Assembly: GCF_009914755.1 (NCBI RefSeq) | Contig: NC_060934.1 | Source: the human T2T-CHM13v2.0 reference genome, Homo sapiens | Strand: one strand, 5' to 3' | DNA: 64,000 bases | Translations under genes and position numbers: made by a program | Shown here: positions 39,000 to 52,283 of the stretch, in pieces | How the letters are laid out: each line of letters starts with the position of its first letter | How positions within the stretch are numbered: position 1 is the first letter of the stretch | Notes under the pieces: model-generated | Told to the model about the DNA's origin: nothing | The model's database searches: none | Seen by the model: the letters and a program-made list of their open reading frames with translations, nothing else

Positions 39000-39060
39000 A
39001 TTTACCAACTCCCAAGCTCTTTATAAAAACATGTTCGATTGGACAATATCAGAGCCAGAG
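39000..39060 (+). other. Candidate 61-nt internal exon (gene unknown)
   Basis: Long AG-free pyrimidine tract ttttcttcttgcttcatcaattttcaccag| and donor GAG|gtaaga; lies in apparently non-repeat sequence. Confidence 0.4.
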
Positions 39061-39585
39061 GTAAGAGTGACTGTTCTCTAAGCAAATAGCTTAGTTACAA
39101 CCTAATCTGCTGCTCCACACATACAAACACCTTTTAAACCAGTGTGAATCATGTCTGCCATATGCAGGAAATAAAAAAAAAGTGAAAATGGCAAAACATT
39201 TTTTCCTTTAAAAACAGTTTCATTCACTGTTCTACTGAGCAAGGATTGATCCTTTGTAGTTACTGACCTATTGGAACCCTGAAATATCTATCCAGGCTCT
39301 TTTAAGTGGATGTTACTCCTCCTCACTTACCTACTCTGCATAAGTAAAAGGCCACTTTGTGGGCTCCATTGGAATTCAGCCAGACCACTAACAACTTGTA
39401 GACTCCTCCTTGCTTTCAGGTTTACCAGATCTTCATCTCTGTTTCCGTCTCAGTTTTGCTCAAAACCTCTTCCAATATTGGCAGCTAAACATAGTGTCTA
39501 CTATGATTTGGGCATTATGCTAAACTCTTTACTTGCATCCTCTAATATAACCTTTCCCAAAACCCAGTGAGGTAGTTAGGTGATT

Positions 39586-40090
39586 TGATTATCTACAGTG
39601 GCATGACAAATAACTTCAAAACAGAATGCTTTAAAACAACAGACATCATTTGTTATCTCTCAGGTTTCTGTGGTTCGAGTAGTTGGAAGTGCCTGCGCTG
39701 AGCAACTATGGTTTAGGTTCTCACATGAAGTTGCAGTCTGTGCCTGAGGCTACTGTCGCCTTCCAGGTTTCTTCACCCTTACTGTCGTGGTGCCTAGACT
39801 TAAGCAGCTGAGATTTCTCAGGTATAGCTCTCTCTCTTTACATAATCTCCCCACATGTTCTCCCCATCATTGTAGCTTTGGGATGGCTTCATTTCAAGGC
39901 ACATGCCTCGAGAGAGAGAATTAGATGAAAGCTGTTTTATCTTTTCTAACTTAACCTTGGAAGTCATGCAGTGTCATTTCAGCCCCCTTCAATTTTTTAA
40001 ATAAGCAAGCCATTAAGGCCAGTCTATATTTAGAAGGAAGGAGATTAGACTCCACCTTTTATGGAAGGAATGTCAGGGAATTTATGGACA
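39586..40090 (-). mobile_element. MaLR solo LTR (MLT1F/G-like)
   Basis: ctttaaaacaacag...tctctcaggtttctgtgg...ccttggaagtcatgcagtgtcatttc...gattagactccaccttttatggaagga. Confidence 0.75.
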
Positions 40091-40239
40091 ATACACATAA
40101 TTTCACTTAATTTTCATAGCAATTATGAATGAGTGTTAGCCAACTTTTTAAAAGTTCTATTCGTGATTATCTAACCTTGGTGAGGAAGTAAAAGGTTAAG
40201 TAAGTTTCATCCCATGTATGAAAAGCCTTGTTTTATAGA

Positions 40240-41575
40240 CATTTTTTCTTTTATCATAATAAATCTTAAAAATTTTGAAATATGCCTACAGAAGAGCACA
40301 TAAGACATACATGTATTATATAACTTGAAGAATTGTAAAATAAATATTTGTGTACAAATATTTTCGGCACCCGAGATCCCCTTTGGGTCTTTCTTCTTGG
40401 TAATCACCCACACTGTTCTCTCTAGTGTAACTGATACTAAGACTTTTGTTGTGATATTAACTTGCTTTTCAAAATAATTTTAATATTTAGTTATATAATC
40501 CTTAATTTTTTATTTTAACTTTGCCTGTTTATAAACTTTATGTGAAATAAGCCAATGTTTGTGTCTTTCTTCCATTGCTCATTTGTGTGATTTAGCCAAG
40601 TTGGTCACATGTAACTGTACTATAGTTCATTTTACTTTATTTGCTATGTAGTATTCTGTCAAAAGAATACACCAAAATTTTATTTACTAATTTTTATACA
40701 TGTCTCTTGGTGCACATGCACAAATGTTTCTATAGGGAATGTTTCTAGGAGTGGAAATGCTTAAATATGCTTGTGCATATCTTTGCAAAATGTCAAACTG
40801 CTTTGCAAAGTGGTGGTATTAATTTGCATTTCTACCAGTGGTATATGAGATCTATTGCTCTAGATTCTTGCAGACATTTGGCATTGTCAGACTTTTACAT
40901 AATTCCAATGTGTTGGGTGTATACCATTTTCTCATTGTGTTTGCATTGTGCATTTATTTGATTACTAATAAAATTGATTGCCTTTTTATTTATTTAATGG
41001 TAATTTATACTTTGTGCATTGCTTATTAAAGTTTTTTGTCTGTATTTCTACTGGACTTAGGTTTTTCTTATTGATATGTTGGAAATCTTTATGTATTCTA
41101 AATACTAGCTCTTTTCAAGTTTTATATGTTACACGTCTCTTCTCTGCCCATATTTTTTGCCTTATCATTAATTCTCTTTATGTTGTATTTGATAAAGAAT
41201 GATATTCTTAATTTTAAATATAGTGAAATTTATTTCCCTGTTTCTTTATGATTAGTTTTTTTTTTTTTTGGTGTTGTTTATAAAAGCTTTCTTACTATGA
41301 GGCCTTAAAATATTCTTCTACAATATTATAATTAAAATAATTATAATTTTCACTTTTTCATTTGTATGGGTAATGAACATGGAATTTATTTTTTGTAGGT
41401 AGTGTGAGAATAATCTCTAAAGTTATTTTTTAACAATATGGATATTTTATTGTCTTAGCATCATTCATTGAAGACTATCCTTTTCTAAGTACTCTACAAT
41501 GACAATGGCTATAAATCAACTGTCTGATCAAGATCTGTATCTCGGATTTTTATACTGCTTTTCTACACCATTATT
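40240..41575 (-). mobile_element. Old L1 (L1ME-like) host element, left part; continues at about 42635-42850 and 53215-53460
   Basis: Antisense L1 3'/ORF2 motifs (tctaggagtggaaatgct, tgtcaaactgctttgcaaagtggt, ttgcatttctaccag). Confidence 0.7.
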
Positions 41576-41594
41576 TCTTTTTAAACTAATAATT

Positions 41595-41917
41595 TTTTAT
41601 TTCTATTTTTAATTTTTTTAGAGGCAAGGTCTTGCTTTGTTGCCCAGGCTTAAGTGCAGTGACTCACTGAGCTTACTGCAGCCTTGACATCCTAAGCTAA
41701 AGTGGTTTCAAGCGATCCTCCTGCCTCAGCCTCCCAAGTAGCTAGGACTACATGCTTACACCACCACACCCAACTATTTAAAACAAAATTATTTCTTATA
41801 GAGATGAGGGCCTTTCTATGTTGCCCAGGCTGGTCTTGAACTCCTGGCCTCAGGCAATCCTCCCATCTTGGCATCCTAAAGTAATGGGATTACACACATG
41901 AGCCACCATACATGGCC
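41595..41917 (-). mobile_element. AluJ
   Basis: Diverged dimeric antisense Alu, actgcagccttgac...tcaagcgatcctcctgcctcagcc...atgagccacc...ggcc. Confidence 0.92.
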
Positions 41918-41919
41918 TC

Positions 41920-42633
41920 ATTGTTTTAAATTGATATATAAATATTATATATATTTATCATGTATAACATAGCATTTTGAAACATTTTGTAAACATTGTG
42001 GAATAATTAAATATAATTAATCAACATATGCATTATTAAGCACACTTATCTTTTTTCGTGGTGAGAATATTTTGTATCTACACTCAGCAATTTTCAAGAA
42101 TAAAATACATTGTTTATTAATAATAGACACCATGTTGTGCAATAGATCTCTTAAACTTATTGTATCTAACTGAAATTTTATATCCTTTGACCAACATCTT
42201 CCCTACTCCCTCACCTATGCTGCAGCTTCTGATAACCACCATTTTATTCTTTGCTTCCATATGTTCAACTTTTTTCAGATTCCACAAATAAGTAAGAAAA
42301 TGTGATATTCTCCTTTATCTGCTGGGCTTATTTCAATAATACAGTGTCCTTCAGGTTCTTTTTGTTGTCACAAATGACAGAATTTCCTTGTTTTTTTTTT
42401 TTAAGGCTGAATACATAAACTTGTAGGTTGATTCCGTATCTTGGCTATTGTGAATAATGTTGCAATGAACATGGGGATACTGATATCTCTTTAACATAAT
42501 TATTTTATTTCCTTTGTATATATTCCCAGAAGTGGAATTTCTGGATTACAAGGTGTTTATATTTTCAATTTTTCAAGGAACTTCTGTACTGTTTTCCATA
42601 ATGGCTATACTAGTTTAGGTTCCCAATAACAGC
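41920..42633 (-). mobile_element. L1MA (L1MA8/9-like) 3' end
   Basis: gtggtgagaatatttt...cagcaattttcaagaat...ccatgttgtgcaatagatctc...tatcctttgaccaacatc. Confidence 0.85.
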
Positions 42634-45600
42634 GTCTGCATCATTGTCCTAATTACTATAACATTATACTATGATTAAAATCTGGTAGATATAGCCAACC
42701 CATTTTGTTCCTTTTCAGGTATGTCTAAGCTATTTTTTGTTCATTTTATTTCTGCATGAATTATAGAATTTGCTTATCAAGTTTTATAATTTAACCTGCT
42801 AAGATTCTGTTTGTGCTGTATTGAATCTATAAATGAAAAATTGGGATACATTGAATAGAGTACCTAAGAGAGATCACTGGATTTCAACAGAGAAGTAACA
42901 GGAATTCTCTGAGGCACAGAAGGAAAGGAAAATGAAGCAACCAGCCCATCCCAGATTGGCTCAGAGCCAGGAGGATATCCCGATTGCAGGGAAAAGGTAA
43001 GCAAGAAATCCTGAATAATCCACATTCCCACCATGGATGCCTGCAATCCACTCAGCCCTCGCAGGACCTGAGCCTAGTATAAAGAGCTATCTGGAGTCCA
43101 TGCAGCTATATTATTCTAGAGGAAATTCACACTGGGTCCTACTCACCCACAAGAGCCAAGCTGCTGCAGCCTGCAATGCCATATTGAGAGCCCAGCCCCC
43201 ACCAGACTACATCCTGCACTGAAGATCAATAGCCCCTGCATTTCCATTTCCCTGGAGCTGCACTAACATCCCCCCACATCTACCCCAAGGACTGCAGCAT
43301 TACAACACCAACTGGACCCAGTGGTGCAGCCATGTCTCCAGCACTCTAGCCCACACACCCCAGAGAAAAGGCAATCCAGAACATGAGAGAGGCTACCCCA
43401 AGGACAAAGGAAGTGAAAGCATGTACTCCCCAAAGCTTGAGAGCCATCTTCCTGGCACTGCAAACATTCACAACAATCCTGCCCCCTCCAGCAATGGGGC
43501 CTCCACACACCTGTGTGTACCTTCAGGGGGCCTGAGAACTGGCTAGCACATGCATGCCATCAGAGAACCTAAAGACCAGCCTTCCCTGTCCACTGCTGCC
43601 AACATTCATGCACACCATCCAGGGGCCAGATAATTGGTTCACCCCACCTGCCACAACCCACTGCCTTCACTGCAGCTAGTGGCCATGGGAACTGTCCAGA
43701 GGCCTGAGGATTGGTCTACCCCATGTCCCATTACTGGTGCCATTGCATGCTGTCTGAGGCCCTGGGAACCATTCTGCCCAGCCTGTCGCCACCAACACTG
43801 GTGCCTGTGCATGCCATCTGGGAGCCTAAGGGCCAGCCTGGATAAGCGCTACTGCCACCACTGCTGGTGCCTGTGTACACCACCTTGAGGCCTGAGAACT
43901 GGAATATCTGACCACCTGCTGACACCACTGGTGTCTGCATGTGCCACCCGGGTACCCAAGGATCAGTCTGCCTGATGCTCCCATATAGCAAAGCCTCACT
44001 GCAGCCTTCACTCCCATCTAGAATCAAAGCCAAAGCACCCTATTCAACCAACACTATAGATAAACCTAAAGAAAAAAACCCTTCCCCCAAAAAATTCAAT
44101 CCATATAATTGGAAGAAATGACTATTACACCAGATGGACAGATAGCAACATAAGGATAAAAGAAACACAAGAAAGAAAGTAAACATGACACTTCCAAAAG
44201 AACACAATAATTCTTCAGTAACAGATGCCAAAGGAAAAAAATTTCTATGGAATGGCTGAAGAGGAATTCAAAATAATGGTCTTAAGGAAATTCAGCAAGA
44301 TATAAGAGAACACAGACAGATAATATGAAGAAATCAGGATAACCTCCTAGATGAAAATTTCAACAGAGATTTTATAGAAAAGAACCAAACAGAAATCTAA
44401 AACTGAAGATTTCAATTAATGAAATGAAAAATACAATCAAGAGCTTCAACAATGGACTAGATCAAACAGAAGAAAGAATTTCCGAACCTGAAGACAGATT
44501 TTCTGAAATAACCCAGTCAGACAAAAAAAGAAAAAAAAAAGAATAAAAAATAATAAAGAAAATGTACGTGACATACAGGATACCATGAATCGAACAAATA
44601 TTCAAATTTTTGGAGTTTCAGAAGAAGAAGAGATAGGAAAGGGCATAGAAAAACCATTTAATAATACAGTAGCTGAAAATTTCCCAGTATGTGTGAGAGA
44701 TATAGACATCTAGATACAGAAAGCTCAAAGATGTTTAAATTAATTCAATCCAAAAAGGCCTCCCTTAAGGCATGTTATAGTTAAACTCACAAAAGCCAAA
44801 GAAAAAGAGAGACTTCTAAAAACAACAAAAGAAAAAATATCAAGTCATATATAAGGGAATCTCCATCAGACTAATAGCAGATTTCTCAGTAGAAGTCTTA
44901 TAGGCCAGAAGAGAGTAGAATGATATCATCTAAGTGCTGAAAGAAAAAAACAAAAAACTGTCAAGCAAGAATACTATATCCAGCATGCCTATCCTTTAGA
45001 AATGAAGAGGAAATAAAGTCTTGCCAAGACAAGAAAAAAACAGAGAAAATTTATCACCGCTAGTCTGGCTATACAAGAAATGCTTAAGGGAGTTCTACTT
45101 TTGGAAGCAAAAGGATAATGTTTACCATCATGAAAATATACAAAACTCACTGCTAGAGCAGATATAAAAGTGAGAAAGAGAAAGTAATCAAGCATTATCA
45201 TTACAGTAAGACAAGCAATTCATAAAGGTAAACAATGAAAGAATGAAAAAGACAAAGGATAAACAAAACAATCAGAAAACAACAAAATAATAAGAGTAAG
45301 TCTTCACCTTTTTATAACAACCTGGAATGTAAACACTTTAAATTCTCTAATTAATATTTATAGACTGGCTGAATGGATTTTTTAAAAAAAATAAATATAT
45401 GCTATCTACAAAAAACTCCCTTCATCTATAAAGACAACCATAGACTGAAATGGAAAGGATAAAAACAAAAAATCTGCAGCAATAGAAACCAAAAGCTAGC
45501 AGAAGTAGCTATACTTATATCAGACAAAATAGACTTTAAGTCAAAATACATGAAAAAAGAAAAAGAGGGTCATTATAATGACAAATGGATCAAATCAGCA

Positions 45601-47505
45601 AGGGGATATAACAATGGTAAATATATATTCACCAAACTTTGGAGTACCAAGGTATATAAAGCAAATATTATTGCAGCTAAAGAGAAAGATGGGGCCCTAA
45701 TATAATAATCAAAGACTTCAACACCACACTTTCAGCACTGTACAGATCATTTAAAAAGAAAACCAATAAATAAACATTGAAATTAACCTTTAGTGTGAGC
45801 CAAATGGATTTAACAGATATTTATAGAAAATTCCATTCAACAGCTCTGGAATACACATTTTTCTCATCAGCACATAGAACATGTTAGACCAAAAAACAAA
45901 TCTCACCTTATTAAAAAAAATCAAAATTAAGTATCTTCTCAGATCACAATGAAATAAAACTAGAAATCAATAACGAGAAAATTTGGAAACTATACAAATA
46001 CGTAGAAATTAAACAGCATGTTCCTGAACAACCACTGAGTCAATGAATAAACTAAAAAGAAAACGAAGAGTTTTTTGAAACAAATGAAAATCAAAACACA
46101 GCATTTCAAAACCTATGGGATAAAGCAAAAGCAGTGCTAAGAGAGAAGTTTATAGTAAAAAATTCCTACATCAAAAGAGTACAAATATTTCTTTTTTTAA
46201 TACTATACTTTAAGTTCTGGGATACATGTGCAGAACATGCAGGTTTATTTCATAGGTATACATGTGCCGTGGTGGTTTGCTGCACTCCTCAACCTGTCAT
46301 CTACATTAGGTATTTCTCCTAATGCTATCCCTTCCCTTTCCCCCCACTCCCCAGTAGGCCCCAGTGTGTGATGTTCCCCTCCCTGTGTCCGTGTGTTCTC
46401 ATTGTTCAACTCCCACTTATGAGTGAGAACATGCAGTGTTTGGTTTTCTGTTTCTGTGTTAGTTTGCTGAGAATGATGGTTTCCAGCTTCATCTACATCG
46501 CTGCAAATGACATAAACTCATTCTTTTTTATGGCTGCATAGTATTCCATGGTGTATATGTGCCACATTTTCTTTATTCAGTCTATCATCGATGGACATTT
46601 GGGTTGGTTACAAGTCTTTGCTATTGTGAATAGTGCTGCAATAAACATATGTGTGCATGTGTCTTTATAGTAGAATGATTTTTAGTCCTTTGGAGATATA
46701 CCCAGTAATGGGATTGCTGGGTCAAATGGTATTTCTAGTTCTAGATCCTTGAGAAGTCACCACACTGTCTTCCACAATGGTTGAACTAATTTACACTCCC
46801 ACCAGTAGTGTGAAAGCGTTCCTATTTCTCCACATCGTCTCCAGCATCTGTTGTTTCCTGACTTTTTAATGATCGCCATTCTAACTGGCATGAGATGGTA
46901 TCTCATTGTCGTTTTTATTTGCATTTCTCCAACGACCAGTGATGATGAGATGTTTTTCATATGTTTGTTGGCCGCATAAATGTCTTCTTTTGAAAAGTGT
47001 TTTTTTTGTATCCTTCACCCACTTTCTGATGGGGTTGTTTTTTTCTTGTAATTTGCTTAAGTTCCTTGTAGATTCTGGATATTAGACCTTTGTCAGATGG
47101 ATAGATTGCAACAATTTTTTCCTATTCTGTAGGTTCCCTGTTCACTCTGATGATAGTTTCTTTGGCTGTGCAGAAGCTCTTTAGTTTAGTTAGATCCCAT
47201 TTGTCTATTTTGTCTTTTGTTGCAATTGCTTTTGGTGTTTTAGTCATGAAGTCTTTGCCCATGCCTATGTCCTGAATAGTATTGCCTAGGTTTTCTTCTA
47301 GAGTTTTCATGGTTTTAGATCTTACATCTAAGTCTTTAATCTATCTTGATTTAATTTTTGTATAAGGTATATGGAAGTGGTCCAGTTTCAGTTTTCTGCA
47401 TATGGCTAGCCAGTTTTCCCAGCTTGGTCCAGAGCTGAGTTCAGGTCCTATATATCCTTGTTAATTTTCTGTCTCATTGATCTGTCTAATATTGACAGTG
47501 GGGTG

Positions 47506-47934
47506 TCAAAGTCTCCCACTATTATTCTGTGGGAGTCTTACATCTCTAAGAACTTGCTTTATGAATCTGGCCACTCCTGTACTGGGTGCATATATATTTA
47601 GGATACTTAGCTCTTCTTGTTGCATTGATCCCTTTACCATTATGTAATGCCTTTCTTTGTATTTTTTGATCTTTGTTGGTTTAAAGTCTGTTTTATCAGA
47701 GACTAGGATTGCAACCTGTGCTTTTTTTTGCTTTCCATTTGCAACGCAAATATTCCTCCAGCCCTTTATTTTGAGCATATGTGTATCTTTGCACCTGAGA
47801 TGGGTCACCTGAATACAGCACACTGATGGGTCTTGACTCTTTATCCAGTTTGCCAGTCTATGTCTTTTAATTGGGGCATTTAACCCATTTACATTTAAGG
47901 TTAATATTGTTATGTGTGAATTTGATCCTGTCAT
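47506..47934 (-). pseudogene. L1 ORF2p endonuclease N-terminal remnant
   Basis: MTGSNSHITILTLNVNGLNAPIKRHRLANWIKSQDPSVCCIQ is the L1 ORF2p start; catalytic-region E in CCIQET appears as V; frameshifted near the end. Confidence 0.93.
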
Positions 47935-47989
47935 TATGATGCTAGCTGGTTATTTTGTCATTAGTTTATGCAGTTTCTTCATAGTGTCA

Positions 47990-49016
47990 ATGGTCTTTAC
48001 ATTTTGGTATATTTTTGCAGTGGCTGGTGCCAGTTTTTTCTTTCAATATTTAGTGCTTCTTTCAGGAGCTCTTGTAAGGTAGGCCTGGTGGTGACAAAAT
48101 CTCCCAGCATTTGCTTATCTGTAAAATATTTTATTTCTCCTTCATTTACAGAGCTTAGTTTGGTTGGATATGAAATTCTGGGTTGAAAATTCTTTTAAGA
48201 ATGTTGAATATTGGCCCCCACTCTCTTCTGGCTTGTAGGGTTTCTGCAGAGAGATCTGCTGTTAGTTTGATGGGCTTCCCTTTGTGGGTAAACCAACCGT
48301 TCTCTCTGGATGCCCTTAACATTTTTCCTTCATTTCAACCTTGGTGAATCTGATGATTATGTGTCTTGGGGTTGCTCTTCTTGAGGAGTATCTTCGTGGT
48401 GTTCTCTATATTTCCTGAATTTGAATGTTGGCCTGTCTTGCTAGGCTGGGGAAGTTCTTCTGGATAATATCCTGAAGGATATTTCCAACTTGGTTCCATT
48501 CTCTCCGTCACTTTCAGGTACACCAATCAAATGTAGGTTTGGTCTTTTCACATAGTCCCATATTTTTTGGAGGCTTTGTTCATTCCTTTTCATTCTTTTT
48601 TCTCTAATCTTGTCTTCACGCTTTGTTTCATTAAGGTGATCTTCAATCTCTGATATCCTTTCTTCCACTTGATAGATTCAGCTATTGATACTTGTGTATG
48701 CTTCACAAAGTTCTTGTGCTGTGTTTTTCAGCTCCATCAGGTCATTTATGCTCTTCTCTAAACTGGTTATTCTAGTTAGCAGTTCTTATAACCTTTGATC
48801 AATGTTCTTAGCTTCCTTGCATTGGGTTAGACCATGCTCCATTAGCTCAGAGGAGTTTGTTATTACCCACCTTCTGAAGCCTACTTCTGTCAATTCGTCA
48901 AACTCATTCTCCATCCAGTTTTGTTCCCTTGCTAGTAAGGAGTTGTGATCCTTTGGAGGATAAGAGGCATTCTGGTTTTTGGAATTTTCAGCCTTTTTGT
49001 GCTGTTTTCTCCTCAT
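47990..49016 (-). pseudogene. L1 ORF1p remnant (several stops/frameshifts)
   Basis: ORF pieces KAENSKNQNAS.PPKD...EQNWMENEFDELTE and EERISEIEDHLNE...NEQSLQKIWDYVKRPNL. Confidence 0.9.
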
Positions 49017-51233
49017 CTTCTTGGATTTATCTACCTTTGGTCTTCGATGTTGTTGATGTTGATGCTATTGCTTTCTGTTTGTTAGTTTTTCTTCTAACAG
49101 TCAGGCCCCTCTTTTGCAGTTCTGCTGGAATTTGGTGGAGGTCCACTCCAGATCCTGTTTGCCTGGGTATCACCAGTGGAGGCTGCAGAACAGCAAAGAT
49201 TGCTGCCTGCTCCTTCCTCTGGAAACTTTGTCCCAGAGGGGCACCTGCCAGATGCCAACCAGAGCTCTCCTGTATGAGTTGTCTGTCGACCCCTGCTGGG
49301 AGGTGTCTCCCATCAGGAGGCATGGGGTTCGGGGACCCATTTGAGGAGGCAGTCTGTCTCTTAGCAGAGCTCAAGCGCTGTGCTTGGAGATCTGCTGCTC
49401 TCTTCAGAGCCGGCAGGCAGGAACATTAAGTCTGCTGAAGCTGCGCCCACAGCCACCCTTTCCCCCAGGTGCTGTGTCCCAGGGAGATGGGAGTTTTATC
49501 TATGAGCCCCTGACTGGAGCTGCTGCCTTTCTTTCAGAGATGCCCTGCCCAGAGAGGAAGAATCTAGAGAGGCAGTCTGGCTACAGTGGCTTTGCTGAGC
49601 TGTGGTGGGCTCCACCCAGTCCAAACTTCCCAGCAGCTTTGTTTACACTGTGAGGGGAAAACCACCTACTCAAGCCTTAGTAATGGCAGACACCCCTCCC
49701 CACAGCAAGCTTGAGCATCCCAGGTCGACCTTAGACTGTTGTGCTGGCAGCAAGAATTTCAAGCCAGTGGATCTTAGCTTGTTGGGCTCTGTGGGGGTGG
49801 GAGCCACAGAGGAAGAGCACTTGGCTCCCTGGTTCAGCCCCCTTTCCAGCAGAGTGAATGATTCTGTCTTGCTGGCATTCCAGGTGCCACTGGGGTACAA
49901 AAAAAAAAAAAAAAAAAACTCCTGCTGCTAGCTCTGTGTCTGCTCAGACAGCTGCCCAGTTTTGTGTTTGAAACCCAGGGCCTTGGTCTGTAGGCACCCG
50001 AGGCAATCTCCTGGTCTCCAGGTTGTGAAGACTGTGGGAAAAGAGTAGTATGTGGGACGGTTAGCACTGTCCCTCACAGCACAGTCCCTCATGGCTTCCC
50101 TTGGCTAGGGAAGGGAGTTACCCGATCCCTTTCATTTCTTGGGTGAGGCGACCCATCCTCATCCTCTGTGGGCTGCACCCACTGTTGAATCAGTTCCAAT
50201 GAGTTGAACCGGGTACCTCAGTTAGAAATCCAGAAATCACCCGCCTTCTGCATTGGTCTCACTGAGAGCTAAAGACCAGAGCTGTTCCTATTCAGTAATT
50301 TTGCCCGGTAATCCCCCGAGTAGAAAGATTTCAAATCAACAACCTAACAGTGCACCTCAAAGGCCTAGAAAAGCAAGATCAAACCAGCCCAAAGTAGTAG
50401 AAGAAAAGAAATAATAAAGATCAGAGAAAAACTAAACGAAACAGAGATTAAAAAGTGCAAGGGATCTATGAAATGAAAAGTTACCTTTTTTAAAAAAGGT
50501 AACAAAATTAATAGTCTGCTAGCTAGACTACCCAAGGGGAAAAAAGGGAAGACTCCAATAAATAAAACCAGGAATTAAAGAGACATTAAAATTGAAACCA
50601 TAGAAATACAAAGAATCATCAGAAACTATTGTGAACAACTATACAATAACAAATTGGAAAACTAGTTGAAATGAATAAATTTCTGGACACATAGTCCCTC
50701 CTAAGATTGAACCAGGAAGAAATAGAAAACTTGAACAGATTAATAATGAGTAACATGATTGAATCAGTAATAAAGAGACCCAAGTAAAACAAAGCCCAGG
50801 ACTGGATGACTTTATTGCTGAAACTTTTAATGAAGAACTAATACCAATTTTTGTCAGACTATTTCAAAAATTTTAAGAGGAGGGAATTCTTCCTAAGTCA
50901 TTCCATGAGGCCAGAATATCCCTGATAGCAAATTAGACAAGGACACAACAATAACAACAAACTACGGGCTAAGTCCGTGATTGATGTAAAACCAAACAGT
51001 CTCAACAAAAATTCTAGTAAACCAAATCCAACAACATGTCAAAAAGATAACACATCATAATCAAGTGGGATTTATCCCAGGGGAGCAAGGATAATTTAAC
51101 ATGTACAAATCAATAAATGTGATACAACACATCAACAGAACGAAGTACACAAACCGTATCGTTATCTCAATAGTTGCAGAAAAAGCATTTGTTGAAATTC
51201 CTCATCCCTTTATAAAAACTATCGGAAATTAGG

Positions 51234-51380
51234 CATAGAAGGCACATATCTCAACATAATAAAGCTCATATATTACAAACTCCATAGAAGGCACATATTG
51301 CAACACAATAAAGCTCATATATTACAAACCTCATAGAAGGCACATATCTCAAAATAATAAAGTTCGCATATTACAAACCC
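51234..51380 (+). repeat. 49-bp x 3 tandem repeat inside L1MA ORF2
   Basis: catagaaggcacatatctcaacataataaagctcatatattacaaac.. starting at 51234, 51283 and 51332. Confidence 0.95.
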
Positions 51381-52283
51381 ACAGCTAACGTCATATTGAA
51401 TGAGGAAAAACTGAAAGCCTTTCTTCTCCGAACTGGAATTAAGAATGCCTGTTTTCATCACTCCTATTCAACATAGTACTGGAAGTCCTAGCCAGAGCAA
51501 TCAGGCAGAAGAAAGAAAAGACATCCATATGAGTAAAGAGGAAGTTAAATTGTCCGTTTTTTTCAGATGACATAAATTTAGTCTAGAAAATCCTAAAGAC
51601 CCCACCAAAAAACTCTTAGAACTGATAACAAAATTTGGTAAAGTTGGACAATAAAATATCAGCATACAGAAATCAGTAGTGTTCTGATCGTAGAAATCAA
51701 TATGCAGAAGAAGAAAACTAGACTCCTATCTCTACCATATGCAAAAATAAACTCAAGTTGGATTAAAGACTTAAACGTAAGACCTAAGACTATAAAATTA
51801 TTAGAAGAAAACAGGAGAATTGATTTAGGACATTGGCCTAGGCAAAGATTTCATGGCTAAGATTTCAAAAGCAATGGCAATACAAACAAAAATAGACAAA
51901 TGGGACTGTATTAAACTAAAAAGCTTCTGCACTGCAAAGTACACAATCGAGAGAGTAAAGAGACAACCTGGAGAACAGGAGAAAATATTTCCAAGCTATT
52001 TATTTGAAAAGGGAGTAATATCCAGGGTATATACAGAGAATTTAAATAACTGACCAGCAAAACACAAACAATCCAATTAAAAATTGGGCAAAGAATCTGA
52101 ATAGCATTTCTCAAAAGAAAATATACAAGCGGACAAAAATATATGAAAAAAATGGTCAATGTTACTAATCATCAGTGAAATGTAAATCAAAACCACAGTG
52201 AAATATCATCTTACCCTAGTTAGAATGACTATTATTATGAGACAAAAAATAAATGCTGACGAAGGTGCAGAAAAAGGAAACCC

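Larger units (their letters stand above)
46192..50317 (-). mobile_element. L1PA (L1PA7/8-like) with both termini and a large internal ORF2 deletion
   Basis: 5' end ggggg...gaataggaacagctc at 50317, 3' UTR and T-tail at 46192, 15-bp TSD gagtacaaatatttc / gagtagaaagatttc (46177-46191 and 50318-50332); length only 4126 bp. Confidence 0.95.

Noticed and set aside
48929-50067. ORFs of 76-166 aa in the L1PA 5' UTR
   Set aside because: Typical sense/antisense open frames of an L1 5' UTR; I see no intact ORF0-like sequence I can vouch for
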